NCBI GenBank assembly: GCA_946626695.1
Contig: CAMOUV010000001.1
Span: 3,339-67,338, forward strand
Direction of reading: 5' to 3'
DNA from: an uncultured Blautia sp.
Lineage (GTDB): Bacteria; Bacillota; Clostridia; Lachnospirales; Lachnospiraceae
Length of the DNA: 64,000 nucleotides
Shown: positions 1-9,740 of the stretch, one piece after another
Layout: every line of letters begins with the position of its first letter
Position numbering within the stretch: the stretch's first letter is position 1
Position numbers and translations under genes: made by a program
The notes under the pieces: model-generated
Database searches by the model: none
What the model saw: the letters and a program-made list of their open reading frames with translations, nothing else
What the model was told of the DNA's origin: nothing

Positions 1-142
1 AAGCCGGACATCAGCAGGAACATATTTGCAGAAGACCGGGCCCGGGCAGCTGTTTTGTTGGTGATTCTCTGAGTGATTTGGCATTTTCAGGAATTGGGCG
101 GCAGGTGGTTGAGGCCGGGACGCTGTTTTGTCTTCCTCTTTC

Positions 143-171
143 TTGACAATTTTGTCCGGATAGCGTATGGT
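143..171 (+). promoter_or_regulatory. sigma-A type promoter for the PAP2-prmA-rsmE-iscS-thiI operon
   Basis: TTGACA (143-148), 17 bp spacer, TATGGT (166-171). Confidence 0.6.
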
Positions 172-198
172 GATTGATGCGAAACATATTTCGGTGCA

Positions 199-1002
199 GT
201 GAAAATGCTTGCTTGCAAGGGCATTTTCACAAACGTCGATGAAAGAACAAAGTTCTTTCATACTTCAGGCGGGAGGTGTTTTCTGATCAAATCAGAATGT
301 GGATTGCGGTCTTTTCTTTCCCGTTGGATTTTCCGGTGGGAGATCATTCCGCTTTTGGTGATCCTGGCAGTGAATATGGTTGTTTATTTCGGTGGGGGCA
401 GGCTGACGCAGAGCTGGAGGCATTATGATCTTACGTTGGCTTTTGACCGGATGGTTCCGTTGATCCCGGGGTTTATCTGGATTTATCTGCTGCCGTCGTA
501 TCTCTTCTGGGGGATCTGTTATATTCTGTCGGCGCAGAAGGGGAAGGATTATTTTTATCGTTTTGTGGCCTGTGATCTGACGATCCATATGATCTGTCTG
601 GTCTTCTTTTTGCTCCTTCCCACCACCAACGTGCGCCCGGAGATCGCGGGGAACACTCTTTCCGAAAGAATGCTGTTGATGACGTATCAGACGGATGGAG
701 GGGATCTGCCTTCCTGTCTGTTTCCGTCGATCCACTGTTATGTAAGCTGGCTCAGTTTCCGGGTGGTTCGGGAGATCCGGACATTGCCCCGATGGGCGTC
801 GCCGGTTTCCTGTGTGATGGCCTTGCTGATCATTGTCTCCACCCAGGTTCTGAAGCAGCATTATATCGTGGATGCCATCGCTGGTGTGGCGCTGGTAGAG
901 ATCTTCTGGCGGTTTTATCGGAAGGGTGAGCGGCATCGGGGAGTGGAGCGTTTTTTTGAAAAAATCAATTCGATTGTCTGGAAAGGAAAACAGGACTTAT
1001 GA
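199..1002 (+). CDS. PAP2-superfamily (Aur1/PAP2_3-like) integral membrane phosphatase/phosphotransferase; true start probably downstream (possibly CTG at 283)
   Basis: Several hydrophobic segments and an FPSIH motif. GGAGG at 272-276 precedes an in-frame CTG at 283, and the computed start at 199 lies inside a hairpin. Confidence 0.7.
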   Translation: MKMLACKGIFTNVDERTKFFHTSGGRCFLIKSECGLRSFLSRWIFRWEIIPLLVILAVNMVVYFGGGRLTQSWRHYDLTLAFDRMVPLIPGFIWIYLLPSYLFWGICYILSAQKGKDYFYRFVACDLTIHMICLVFFLLLPTTNVRPEIAGNTLSERMLLMTYQTDGGDLPSCLFPSIHCYVSWLSFRVVREIRTLPRWASPVSCVMALLIIVSTQVLKQHYIVDAIAGVALVEIFWRFYRKGERHRGVERFFEKINSIVWKGKQDL

Positions 1003-1949
1003 GATGGAACCGATGTACGGTACGAACGACGGTGGAAGCCGAGGAGATGGTGATCTATACCCTGACGGAGCTGGGGATCGAGGGTGTTGAGATTCAGGAC
1101 AGCCAGCCTCTTACCGAGGAGGACAAGGCGCAGATGTTTGTGGATATCATGCCGGACCAGCCGGAGAACGACGGGCGCGCGGTCCTGAATTTTTATCTGG
1201 ACGAGGAGGATCCGGAGGGAATCCTGCCGAAGGCCCGGGAGGCGCTTCAGGAGCTGAAGAGCTTCATGGATATCGGAGAGGGCACCATCGAGGTGTCGAA
1301 GACGGAGGACAAGGACTGGATCAACAACTGGAAGGAGTATTTCCATCAGTTTTATGTGGATGATATCCTGATCGTCCCCTCCTGGGAGGAGGTCCGTCCG
1401 GAGGACCGGGACAAACTGATCCTGCACATCGATCCGGGGACCGCTTTCGGCACGGGAATGCACGAGACGACTCAGCTGGTGATCCGGCAGATCCGGAAAC
1501 AGATCCGGCCCGGCATGCGGGTGCTGGATGTGGGAACCGGATCCGGCATTCTCGGCATGGTTGCCCTGAAGCTGGGGGCGGGCCATGTGATGGCGACGGA
1601 TCTGGATCCCTGTGCGGAAAATGCCGTGCAGGAAAACCTGGAGGCTAACGATATTCCGGCAGAGGATTTTACCCTTCGGATCGGAAATCTGATCGATGAT
1701 CCGGAGACCCAGGTCTGGGCCGGAAAGGAACAGTATGATATCGTGCTGGCGAACATCCTCACGGAGGTGCTTCTGCCGCTGACTCCCGTGGCGGCAGCCT
1801 GCCTGAAAAAGGGCGGTCTCTATATTACCTCCGGCATCCTGGATACCAAGGAGGAGCAGATCGTTTCGGCCGTGCAGAAGGCGGGCCTGACTCTTGTGGA
1901 AGTGACACGCCAGGGCGAATGGGTATCCGTTACGGCCAGAAAGGACTGA
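999..1949 (+). CDS. prmA: 50S ribosomal protein L11 methyltransferase
   Basis: DWINNWKEYF, IDPGTAFGTGMHETT, VLDVGTGSGIL and ANIL motifs. Confidence 0.95.
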   Translation: MRWNRCTVRTTVEAEEMVIYTLTELGIEGVEIQDSQPLTEEDKAQMFVDIMPDQPENDGRAVLNFYLDEEDPEGILPKAREALQELKSFMDIGEGTIEVSKTEDKDWINNWKEYFHQFYVDDILIVPSWEEVRPEDRDKLILHIDPGTAFGTGMHETTQLVIRQIRKQIRPGMRVLDVGTGSGILGMVALKLGAGHVMATDLDPCAENAVQENLEANDIPAEDFTLRIGNLIDDPETQVWAGKEQYDIVLANILTEVLLPLTPVAAACLKKGGLYITSGILDTKEEQIVSAVQKAGLTLVEVTRQGEWVSVTARKD

Positions 1950-1953
1950 GGAC

Positions 1954-2700
1954 ATGCAGCGTTTTTTTGCGGACCCGTCCTGTATCGATGAAGCGGGAAG
2001 AGAGATCCGTATCGGCGGTACGGATGTCAATCATATCCAGAACGTCCTCCGGATGCGCCCGGGAGAAGAGCTCTGGGTCAGCGACGGTGAACGGAAAGAG
2101 TATCATTGCTCGATCCGGGAATATACGAAGGACCAGGTGATCCTGGAGATTCTGTATGCCCAGGAGCCGGAGTACGAGCTGCCCTGCGATCTGTATCTGT
2201 TCCAGTGCATTCCCAAGGGAGACAAGATGGACATGATCGTCCAGAAGGCGGTGGAGCTGGGAGCGGCGGGAATCGTTCCCGTGGAATCAGCCCGCTGCAT
2301 TGTAAAACTGGATGCCAAGAAGGCGGAAAAGAGACAGGCCCGCTGGCAGCAGATCGCCGAGGGGGCGGCAAAGCAGTCCCGGCGGATGCGTATCCCGGCG
2401 GTGGAAAGGGTCCTGTCTTTTCGGGAAGCGCTGGAAAGAGCCGGAGAGCTGGATCTTCTGCTGATTCCCTATGAGCTGGAAAAAGGGATGAAAAGAACAA
2501 AGGAAGTCCTGCAGGAGATCCGCCCGGGTCGTTCTGTGGGGATCCTGATCGGGCCGGAGGGGGGCTTCGAGGCTTCGGAGGTCGCCCTCGCAGAAAGCAG
2601 AGGAGCCGTTCCTGTTTCTCTGGGAAGGCGGATTCTGCGGACGGAAACGGCCGGAATGGCTCTGCTGTCAGTGCTGATGTTCCGGCTGGAAGAGGAGTAA
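1954..2700 (+). CDS. rsmE: 16S rRNA m3U1498 methyltransferase
   Basis: MQRFF start, HIQNVLRM, KAVELG, IGPEGGF, LGRRILRTETA. Confidence 0.95.
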   Translation: MQRFFADPSCIDEAGREIRIGGTDVNHIQNVLRMRPGEELWVSDGERKEYHCSIREYTKDQVILEILYAQEPEYELPCDLYLFQCIPKGDKMDMIVQKAVELGAAGIVPVESARCIVKLDAKKAEKRQARWQQIAEGAAKQSRRMRIPAVERVLSFREALERAGELDLLLIPYELEKGMKRTKEVLQEIRPGRSVGILIGPEGGFEASEVALAESRGAVPVSLGRRILRTETAGMALLSVLMFRLEEE

Positions 2701-2706
2701 ACAGAC

Positions 2707-3861
2707 ATGGAGGCATATTTTGACAATTCTGCCACCACCCGGGTGTGTGCGGAAGCAGCGGAGATCGTACTCCGGACCATGACGGAGGAGTATGGAAATC
2801 CCTCCGCCATGCACAGCAAGGGTGTGGAGGCGGAACAGTATGTGAGGAAAGCGGCGGAGATCCTTGCCGGGATTCTGAAGGTGCAGCCGAAGGAGATCCT
2901 TTTTACATCCGGAGGGACGGAATCGGACAATCTGGCCCTGATCGGCGGCGCTCTTGCCAACCAGAGAGCGGGGCGTCATATCATCACGACGGCGGTGGAG
3001 CATCCGGCAGTGACGGGCCCGGCAGCCTTTCTGGAGGAGCAGGGCTTTGAGGTGACGTATCTGCCGGTGGACCGGCAGGGCGTGGTGCGTCTGGATGCAC
3101 TGCGGGATGCGCTGCGGGAGGATACCATCCTGGTGTCTGTGATGATGGTGAACAATGAGACCGGTTCCCGGATGCCGGTGGAAGAGATCGCAGAGACGGT
3201 ACACCGGAAGAACCCGAAGATCCTTTTTCATGTGGATGCCATTCAGGCCTTCGGGAAATACCGGATTTTCCCCTCGAGGATGGGGATCGATCTGCTTTCC
3301 GTAAGCAGCCACAAGTTTCATGGGCCGAAGGGGGCCGGGTTTCTCTACATCCGGAACGGTGTGAAGATCCGTCCGCTGATCCTGGGCGGAGGCCAGCAGA
3401 ACGGGATGCGGTCCGGGACGGACAATGTTCCCGGGATCGCCGGGATGGCCGCGGCCGCACAGAAGGTCTGCGGAAATCTGGAGGAGAATGCCGCCCGACT
3501 GCTGCAGCTGAAGAAAAGAATGGCGGAGGGTCTGCTGCTGATTCCCGGGGTCCGGATCAACGGAATGGCTCTGGAGGAAGGAGCCCCGCATATCCTGAGC
3601 GTCACCGTGGAAGGCGTGCGGAGCGAAGTGCTTCTGCACACCCTGGAGGAAAAGAATATCTATGTATCGGCCGGCAGCGCCTGCTCCAGCCATAAAAGAC
3701 GTCCCAGCGCCGTCCTCACTGCGATGGGACTGTCCAAAGCGGATATTGAAAGTACGGTCCGGATCAGCTTTTCAGAAGAGAATACCATCGAGGAGGTCGA
3801 CTATGCCCTGCAGGTTCTGAGGGAGGTCGTACCGGTCCTGCGCCGCTTTGCGCGCAGATAA
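2707..3861 (+). CDS. iscS: Cysteine desulfurase (IscS/NifS family)
   Basis: YFDNSATT, FTSGGTESDN, SSHKFHGPKG PLP-lysine motif, SAGSACSS; adjacent to thiI. Confidence 0.9.
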   Translation: MEAYFDNSATTRVCAEAAEIVLRTMTEEYGNPSAMHSKGVEAEQYVRKAAEILAGILKVQPKEILFTSGGTESDNLALIGGALANQRAGRHIITTAVEHPAVTGPAAFLEEQGFEVTYLPVDRQGVVRLDALRDALREDTILVSVMMVNNETGSRMPVEEIAETVHRKNPKILFHVDAIQAFGKYRIFPSRMGIDLLSVSSHKFHGPKGAGFLYIRNGVKIRPLILGGGQQNGMRSGTDNVPGIAGMAAAAQKVCGNLEENAARLLQLKKRMAEGLLLIPGVRINGMALEEGAPHILSVTVEGVRSEVLLHTLEEKNIYVSAGSACSSHKRRPSAVLTAMGLSKADIESTVRISFSEENTIEEVDYALQVLREVVPVLRRFARR

Positions 3862-3877
3862 AAAGGAGGCAGAGAAA

Positions 3878-5065
3878 ATGCAGCTTATGTATCATGCATT
3901 TCTGATCAAGTATGCGGAAATCGCCATCAAGGGGAAAAACCGCTACCTGTTCGAGGATGCGCTGGTGCGGGAGATCAGACGGTCTCTGGCCCGGACGGGC
4001 GAAGGCTTCAAGGTGGAAAAGGAACAGGGACGGATCTATGTCTATTGTCCGGAAGAATACGATTACGAAGAGACCAGAAGCGCTCTGGAGAAGGTTTTCG
4101 GAATCGTGGAGTTCTGCCCTGTGATGATCTATGAGGATCAGGGAACCGAAAGAATGGCGGAGGATGTCCTTTCCTATATGGAAAAGACCCATCCGGGGTA
4201 CAGCGGATCCTTCAAGGTACATACCCGGAGAGCGAAAAAAAGCTATCCGGTGACTTCGATGGAGGTCAATGCGTTTCTGGGGGAAAGGATCCTGGAGGCA
4301 TTTCCTGCGTCCCATGTGGATGTCCATGATCCGGAGCTGGTCCTCCGGCTGGAGATCCGGGAACGGATCTATGTCTATTCCCTTTCCTATAAAGGACCGG
4401 GAGGAATGCCGGTGGGAACCAGCGGAAAGGCGATGGTGCTGCTTTCCGGCGGGATCGACAGTCCGGTGGCGGGCTATATGATCGCCAAGAGGGGCGTGAC
4501 CATCGACGCGGTCTATTTCCACGCACCGCCCTACACCAGCGAACGCGCAAAGCAGAAGGTGGTGGACCTTGCGCGGATCGTTGCACAGTACAGCGGCCGG
4601 ATCCGTCTGCATGTGGTGAATTTTACGGATATTCAGCTTTATATCTACGAGCAGTGTCCCCATGATGAGCTTACGATCATCATGCGCAGGTACATGATGC
4701 GGATCGCAGAGCATTTCGCGGAGGAATGCAGGTGCCTGGGACTTGTGACCGGAGAGAGCATCGGTCAGGTGGCCAGCCAGACCATGCAGAGCCTGGCGGC
4801 GACGGACGAGGTCTGCACCATGCCCGTGTACCGGCCGGTGATCGGGATGGACAAGCAGGAGATCGTGGAGCTGGCCCGGAAGATCGGGACCTTTGACACC
4901 TCGATTCTGCCCTATGAGGACTGCTGTACCATCTTCGTGGCAAAGCATCCTGTGACAAAGCCCAGTGTGAAGGTGATCCGGAAATCGGAGACAAAGCTGG
5001 AAGAGAAGATTGATGCCCTGATGGAGGAAGCCATCCGGACGACGGAAGTGATCGAAGTCGGATAA
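3878..5065 (+). CDS. thiI: tRNA 4-thiouridine synthase ThiI (no rhodanese domain)
   Basis: IKYAEIAIKGKNR, THUMP region, LLSGGIDSPVA PP-loop, GESIGQVASQT, PYEDCC. Start at ATG 3878 after GGAGG. Confidence 0.95.
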   Translation: MQLMYHAFLIKYAEIAIKGKNRYLFEDALVREIRRSLARTGEGFKVEKEQGRIYVYCPEEYDYEETRSALEKVFGIVEFCPVMIYEDQGTERMAEDVLSYMEKTHPGYSGSFKVHTRRAKKSYPVTSMEVNAFLGERILEAFPASHVDVHDPELVLRLEIRERIYVYSLSYKGPGGMPVGTSGKAMVLLSGGIDSPVAGYMIAKRGVTIDAVYFHAPPYTSERAKQKVVDLARIVAQYSGRIRLHVVNFTDIQLYIYEQCPHDELTIIMRRYMMRIAEHFAEECRCLGLVTGESIGQVASQTMQSLAATDEVCTMPVYRPVIGMDKQEIVELARKIGTFDTSILPYEDCCTIFVAKHPVTKPSVKVIRKSETKLEEKIDALMEEAIRTTEVIEVG

Positions 5066-5092
5066 AAAAAAGACTGCCGCTTTGCGGCAGTC
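5064..5092 (-). terminator. Intrinsic terminator between convergent thiI and the HPr-like gene
   Basis: GACTGCCGC-TTT-GCGGCAGTC hairpin (5072-5092) with an A-run on its left, which is the U-tract on the minus strand. Confidence 0.8.
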
Positions 5093-5129
5093 CGATCCTG
5101 ACGATTGGTTCATGATCCGGGAACCGGTA

Positions 5130-5366
5130 TTACTCCACGATGTATTTGCCGATCACGCTCAGAACTTCTTCAAGAGCGGCACCGTCTGCATGGATGTTCA
5201 GGTCGATGGATTTGGAAAGATCCAGGCTGAAGATACCCATGATCGATTTGGCGTCAATGACATATCTACCGGAAACAAGATCAAAATCGCAGTCAAATCT
5301 GCTGATCTCGTTGACAAAGGCTTTTACTTTATCGATCGAATTGAGAGAGATTTTAATGGTTTTCAT
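5130..5366 (-). CDS. HPr-family protein (short clostridial type, lacks the His15 motif)
   Basis: IDAKSIMGIFSL Ser46-type motif; no GLHARP; RBS GGAGG. Confidence 0.85.
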   Translation of the reverse strand: MKTIKISLNSIDKVKAFVNEISRFDCDFDLVSGRYVIDAKSIMGIFSLDLSKSIDLNIHADGAALEEVLSVIGKYIVE

Positions 5367-5426
5367 CTATGATCACCTCCATATGAAATAGTATACAGAA
5401 GCCTGATTCCCCGGAGCAGGCCTCCG

Positions 5427-5455
5427 TTGCACTTACATATTACCTTCAGCATAAT
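5427..5455 (+). promoter_or_regulatory. sigma-A type promoter of the mtaB operon
   Basis: TTGCAC-17 bp-CATAAT. Confidence 0.5.
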
Positions 5456-5475
5456 GAAAAGTCAAGGGGAACAAA

Positions 5476-6810
5476 ATGAAATATAAAGCCGCAGTTCATA
5501 ATCTGGGCTGCAAAGTAAACGCCTACGAGACAGAAGCCATGCAGCAGATGCTGGAAAAGGCCGGATACGAGATCGTACCCTTTGAGCCCGGAGCCGATGT
5601 CTATGTGATCAATACCTGCAGCGTGACGAATATCGCGGACCGCAAATCCCGTCAGATGCTGCACAAGGCAAGGAAAATGAATCCGGATGCCATCATCGTG
5701 GCAGCCGGCTGTTATGTACAGACGGACACGGAGAGGCTGGCTTCGGACGACAATACAGCAGATCTGATCCTCGGGAACAACCGGAAGCAGAATCTGGTGG
5801 AGGCTTTGGAGGAATACCGGCAGAAGAAGGCCCGGATTCTGGATGTGCCGGAGATCGGACGCACCCGGGAATACGAACCGCTGCAGATCCGGAAGACGGC
5901 GGAGCACGTGCGGGCCTATATCAAGGTGCAGGACGGCTGCAATCAGTTCTGCAGCTACTGTATCATTCCCTATGCGCGGGGACGGGTGCGAAGCAGAAAA
6001 CAGGAAGAGATCGTCTCCGAGATCCGTGCTCTGGCAGAGGCCGGATACAAGGAAGCGGTCCTGACGGGAATCCACCTCAGTTCCTACGGAACGGATTTTC
6101 CGGAAGATGAACGCGCTTCCCTTCTGGACCTGATCCGGACCGTCCACGACATATCCGGGATCGAACGGATCCGTCTGGGATCTTTGGAGCCCGGGATCGT
6201 CACGGAGGAATTTGCCAGGACGCTTTCGGAGATGCCGAAGATCTGCCCTCACTTTCATCTGTCGCTTCAGAGCGGCTGCGACCGGACCCTGGAGCGGATG
6301 AACCGGCGCTACCGGACTGCGGAGTACCGGGAGAAATGCGGGCTTCTCCGGAAATATTTTGTCATGCCGGCCCTCACCACGGACGTGATCACCGGCTTTC
6401 CCGGCGAGACCGACGCGGACTTTGAAGAGTCCCGGCGGTTTGTGGAGGAAATGCATTTCTTCGAGACCCATGTGTTCCCCTATTCCCGCAGACAGGGAAC
6501 CCGGGCAGCTGCGATGGACGGGCAGCTTACGGAAGCGGTCAAGAAGGAACGGGCGGATGTGCTGATCCGGCTCAGCAGAAAACGCGAGCGGGAATTTGCG
6601 GAGGCTTTTGCCGGCCGCAGTCTGTCGGTCCTTCTGGAAGAAGAGATCCTCTCGGGGGACAGAAGATATCTGACAGGGCACAGCAAGGAGTACCTGCGGG
6701 TGTCAGTGCCGGTTACAGAAGGACTGGCAGTCAATGATATCATAACCGTACGGGCAGAGGGTTTTCTGGAAGATTATCATTGTAATTTAACCGGAAATAG
6801 ATTAGAATAA
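5476..6810 (+). CDS. mtaB: tRNA t6A37 methylthiotransferase
   Basis: NLGCKVNAYE, NTCSVT, IKVQDGCNQFCSYCIIP radical SAM motif, TTDVITGFPGE. Confidence 0.93.
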   Translation: MKYKAAVHNLGCKVNAYETEAMQQMLEKAGYEIVPFEPGADVYVINTCSVTNIADRKSRQMLHKARKMNPDAIIVAAGCYVQTDTERLASDDNTADLILGNNRKQNLVEALEEYRQKKARILDVPEIGRTREYEPLQIRKTAEHVRAYIKVQDGCNQFCSYCIIPYARGRVRSRKQEEIVSEIRALAEAGYKEAVLTGIHLSSYGTDFPEDERASLLDLIRTVHDISGIERIRLGSLEPGIVTEEFARTLSEMPKICPHFHLSLQSGCDRTLERMNRRYRTAEYREKCGLLRKYFVMPALTTDVITGFPGETDADFEESRRFVEEMHFFETHVFPYSRRQGTRAAAMDGQLTEAVKKERADVLIRLSRKREREFAEAFAGRSLSVLLEEEILSGDRRYLTGHSKEYLRVSVPVTEGLAVNDIITVRAEGFLEDYHCNLTGNRLE

Positions 6811-6849
6811 AATCAGGTTTCTGGATTTTTTGGGAGAGGCGTGAACGAT

Positions 6850-7122
6850 ATGGCAGATACAAATCTTGGCAATACGCAGTTTTTCAGTACGAAGCCTGAG
6901 CAGGAGCTGCAGGTGAAGGAGGTTCTCGATCTGGTATACAATGCCATGGAAGAAAAGGGGTATAATCCTGTGAACCAGATCGTGGGTTATATCATGTCGG
7001 GAGATCCGACCTACATCACCAGCCATAAAGGCGCCCGCAGCATGATCATGAAGGTGGAACGGGACGAGCTGGTGGAAGAACTGCTGTACGAATATATTAA
7101 GAACCGGGCCTGGGAAGAGTGA
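6850..7122 (+). CDS. IreB/ReoM (UPF0297) family regulatory phosphoprotein
   Basis: [24 protein letters not shown] signature. Confidence 0.92.
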   Translation: MADTNLGNTQFFSTKPEQELQVKEVLDLVYNAMEEKGYNPVNQIVGYIMSGDPTYITSHKGARSMIMKVERDELVEELLYEYIKNRAWEE

Positions 7123-7124
7123 GC

Positions 7125-7550
7125 ATGCGGATACTTGGACTGGACTATGGATCCAAAACGGTGGGTGTGGCCGTGAGTGATCCTCTGGGACTGACCGCCC
7201 AGGGGCTGGAGACCATCTGGCGGGAGAAGGAGAACCATCTGCGCCGGACGCTTACACGGCTTTCGGAGATCATCCGGGAATACCAGGTGACGGAGATCGT
7301 CCTTGGATATCCCAAAAATATGAATAACACAGTCGGCGAGCGGGCTTTGAAATCTCTGGAATTCCGGCAGATGCTGGAGAGACGGACAGGCCTGCCTGTT
7401 GTTATGTGGGACGAACGGCTCACGACAGCGGCTGCGGAGCGCGTACTGACGGAAGCGGAGGTGCGCAGGGAAAACCAAAAACAATATCTGGACCAGATGG
7501 CTGCGGTGTTCATCCTGCAGGGATATCTGGACCGGAAACAGAAGATGTAA
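7125..7550 (+). CDS. ruvX: YqgF/RuvX family pre-16S rRNA nuclease / putative Holliday junction resolvase
   Basis: [36 protein letters not shown]. Confidence 0.93.
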   Translation: MRILGLDYGSKTVGVAVSDPLGLTAQGLETIWREKENHLRRTLTRLSEIIREYQVTEIVLGYPKNMNNTVGERALKSLEFRQMLERRTGLPVVMWDERLTTAAAERVLTEAEVRRENQKQYLDQMAAVFILQGYLDRKQKM

Positions 7551-7565
7551 ACAAGGAAAAATAAG

Positions 7566-7823
7566 ATGGATAAGATCAGTTTTGTGACAGAAGACGGCAC
7601 GACGGTGGAATTTTTCGTGGAGGAACAGACCTGTATTGCGGGAAAAAACTACCTGCTTGTTTCGGATTCCCTGGATGAGGAGGCAAACGCCTACATCATG
7701 CGGGATATTTCAGATCCTGACAGTACGGATGCCTGTTATGAAATGGTAGAGGATGATTCGGAGCTGGCCGCCGTGTCAAAAGTATTCCAGTCACTTCTGG
7801 AGGATGCTGATCTGGAATTCTGA
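7566..7823 (+). CDS. DUF1292 family protein
   Basis: Small acidic protein in the conserved ireB-ruvX-DUF1292 order. Confidence 0.8.
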   Translation: MDKISFVTEDGTTVEFFVEEQTCIAGKNYLLVSDSLDEEANAYIMRDISDPDSTDACYEMVEDDSELAAVSKVFQSLLEDADLEF

Positions 7824-7834
7824 ACCATGGAGGT

Positions 7835-9739
7835 ATGTTTTTGAACAGCAATAAAAACCGTAACAGACATTTTGTCAATAATAAAAATCATCAGGGAAAA
7901 GACGCGAAGAAGATTCCGGCAAAGAATACCGGTAAAAATGCCGAACCTGTTAAGAATAAAACCAAAGAACCTACCAGGAATACCGCTGCCAAGAACAGCA
8001 GAAACAATACAAAAAGCCCATCCCGTCCCGTGACGGGAAAATTCTTCCCGGTGCAGACCAAGGGGAACGGAAAAAAAGGAAAGAAGCATGTCTCTCGGCT
8101 GAAAATCATCCCCCTGGGCGGTCTGGAGCAGATCGGCATGAACATCACGGTCTTCGAGTATGGGGACAGCATCGTTGTGGTGGACTGCGGGCTTTCCTTC
8201 CCGGAAGATGATATGCTCGGCATCGATCTGGTGATCCCGGATATCACCTATCTGAAGGAAAATATTCATAAAGTGAAGGGGTTTGTGATCACCCACGGAC
8301 ATGAGGATCATATCGGCGCCCTTCCCTATGTCCTGCGGGAAGTCAACGTCCCGATCTATTCCACCAAGCTGACCCTCGGCCTGATCACCAACAAGCTGAA
8401 AGAGCACGACATGGTCAAGACGACTAAGATGAAGGAGGTCCGTCATGGCCAGGTGATCAATCTGGGCGATTTCTCCATCGAATTCATCAAGACCAATCAC
8501 AGCATTCAGGATGCGTCGGCCCTGGCGATCTATTCGCCGGTGGGGATCGTTGTCCATACAGGCGATTTCAAGGTGGACTATACACCCGTCTTCGGGGATG
8601 CCATCGATCTGCAGCGTTTTGCGGAGATCGGCAAAAAGGGCGTGCTGGCTCTGATGTGCGACAGCACCAACGCCGAAAGACCGGGCTTTACCATGTCCGA
8701 ACGGACCGTGGGTCATGTGTTCGACAACCTGTTTAATGAAAACCGGAATTCCCGGATCATCATTGCAACCTTCGCTTCCAACGTGGACCGGGTGCAGCAG
8801 ATCATCAATACAGCCTACCGGTATGGCCGGAAGGTCGCCGTGGAAGGCCGCAGCATGGTCAACATCATCGCGGTGGCTTCGGAGCTGGGTTATCTGCGGG
8901 TTCCGGACCAGACCCTGATCGAGATCGATGAAGTCCGGAATTATCCGGACGAGCAGGTGGTGCTGATCACCACCGGAAGCCAGGGAGAGTCCATGGCGGC
9001 GCTTTCCAGAATGGCAGCGAGCATTCATAAAAAGATTACCATCAAGCCGAACGATACCATTATCTTCAGTTCGCATCCCATCCCGGGCAACGAGAAAGCG
9101 GTCTCCAAGGTGATCAACGAGCTTTCCATGAAGGGAGCCAAGGTCATTTTCCAGGATGCCCACGTATCCGGACATGCCTGCCAGGAGGAGATCAAGCTCC
9201 TTTATTCCCTGGTACGGCCGCGCTATGCGATCCCGGTGCACGGGGAATACCGTCATCTGACCGCCCAGGCCCATGTGGTGGAAGAGCTGGGGATCCCGAA
9301 GGACAATATCTTCATCCTTTCCTCCGGGAATGTGCTGGAGCTGGATGAGAGCGGCGCTTCCGTGACCGGAAGCGTACAGACCGGGGCGATCCTGGTGGAC
9401 GGCCTCGGCGTCGGCGATGTCGGCAATGTGGTCCTGCGGGACCGTCAGAGACTGGCGGAGGACGGCATCATCATCGTGGTGATGACACTGGAACGCCGGA
9501 GCAATGTGGTGCTGTCGGGACCGGATATCGTGTCCCGGGGCTTTGTGTATGTCAAGGAATCGGAGGATCTGATGGAGCATGCCAGGGAGGCCGTGCAGGA
9601 AGCCCTGGACACCTGCAGCGCCAGACGGATCAACGACTGGGGCCGGATCAAGAACGAGGTGAAGGACGCCCTTTCTTCCTACGTGTGGAAACGCACGAAA
9701 AGAAGCCCGATGATCCTTCCCATCATCATGGAGGCATAA
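7835..9739 (+). CDS. rnj: Ribonuclease J with a Lys/Asn-rich N-terminal extension
   Basis: IIPLGGLEQIGMN, THGHEDHIG, HTGDFKVD, HVSGHA, PMILPIIME. Confidence 0.95.
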   Translation: MFLNSNKNRNRHFVNNKNHQGKDAKKIPAKNTGKNAEPVKNKTKEPTRNTAAKNSRNNTKSPSRPVTGKFFPVQTKGNGKKGKKHVSRLKIIPLGGLEQIGMNITVFEYGDSIVVVDCGLSFPEDDMLGIDLVIPDITYLKENIHKVKGFVITHGHEDHIGALPYVLREVNVPIYSTKLTLGLITNKLKEHDMVKTTKMKEVRHGQVINLGDFSIEFIKTNHSIQDASALAIYSPVGIVVHTGDFKVDYTPVFGDAIDLQRFAEIGKKGVLALMCDSTNAERPGFTMSERTVGHVFDNLFNENRNSRIIIATFASNVDRVQQIINTAYRYGRKVAVEGRSMVNIIAVASELGYLRVPDQTLIEIDEVRNYPDEQVVLITTGSQGESMAALSRMAASIHKKITIKPNDTIIFSSHPIPGNEKAVSKVINELSMKGAKVIFQDAHVSGHACQEEIKLLYSLVRPRYAIPVHGEYRHLTAQAHVVEELGIPKDNIFILSSGNVLELDESGASVTGSVQTGAILVDGLGVGDVGNVVLRDRQRLAEDGIIIVVMTLERRSNVVLSGPDIVSRGFVYVKESEDLMEHAREAVQEALDTCSARRINDWGRIKNEVKDALSSYVWKRTKRSPMILPIIMEA

Positions 9740-9740
9740 T

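Noticed and set aside
1-198. CIRCE or dnaK-operon context expected upstream of prmA
   Set aside because: No TTAGCACTC-N9-GAGTGCTAA and no dnaJ coding sequence recognisable in the window
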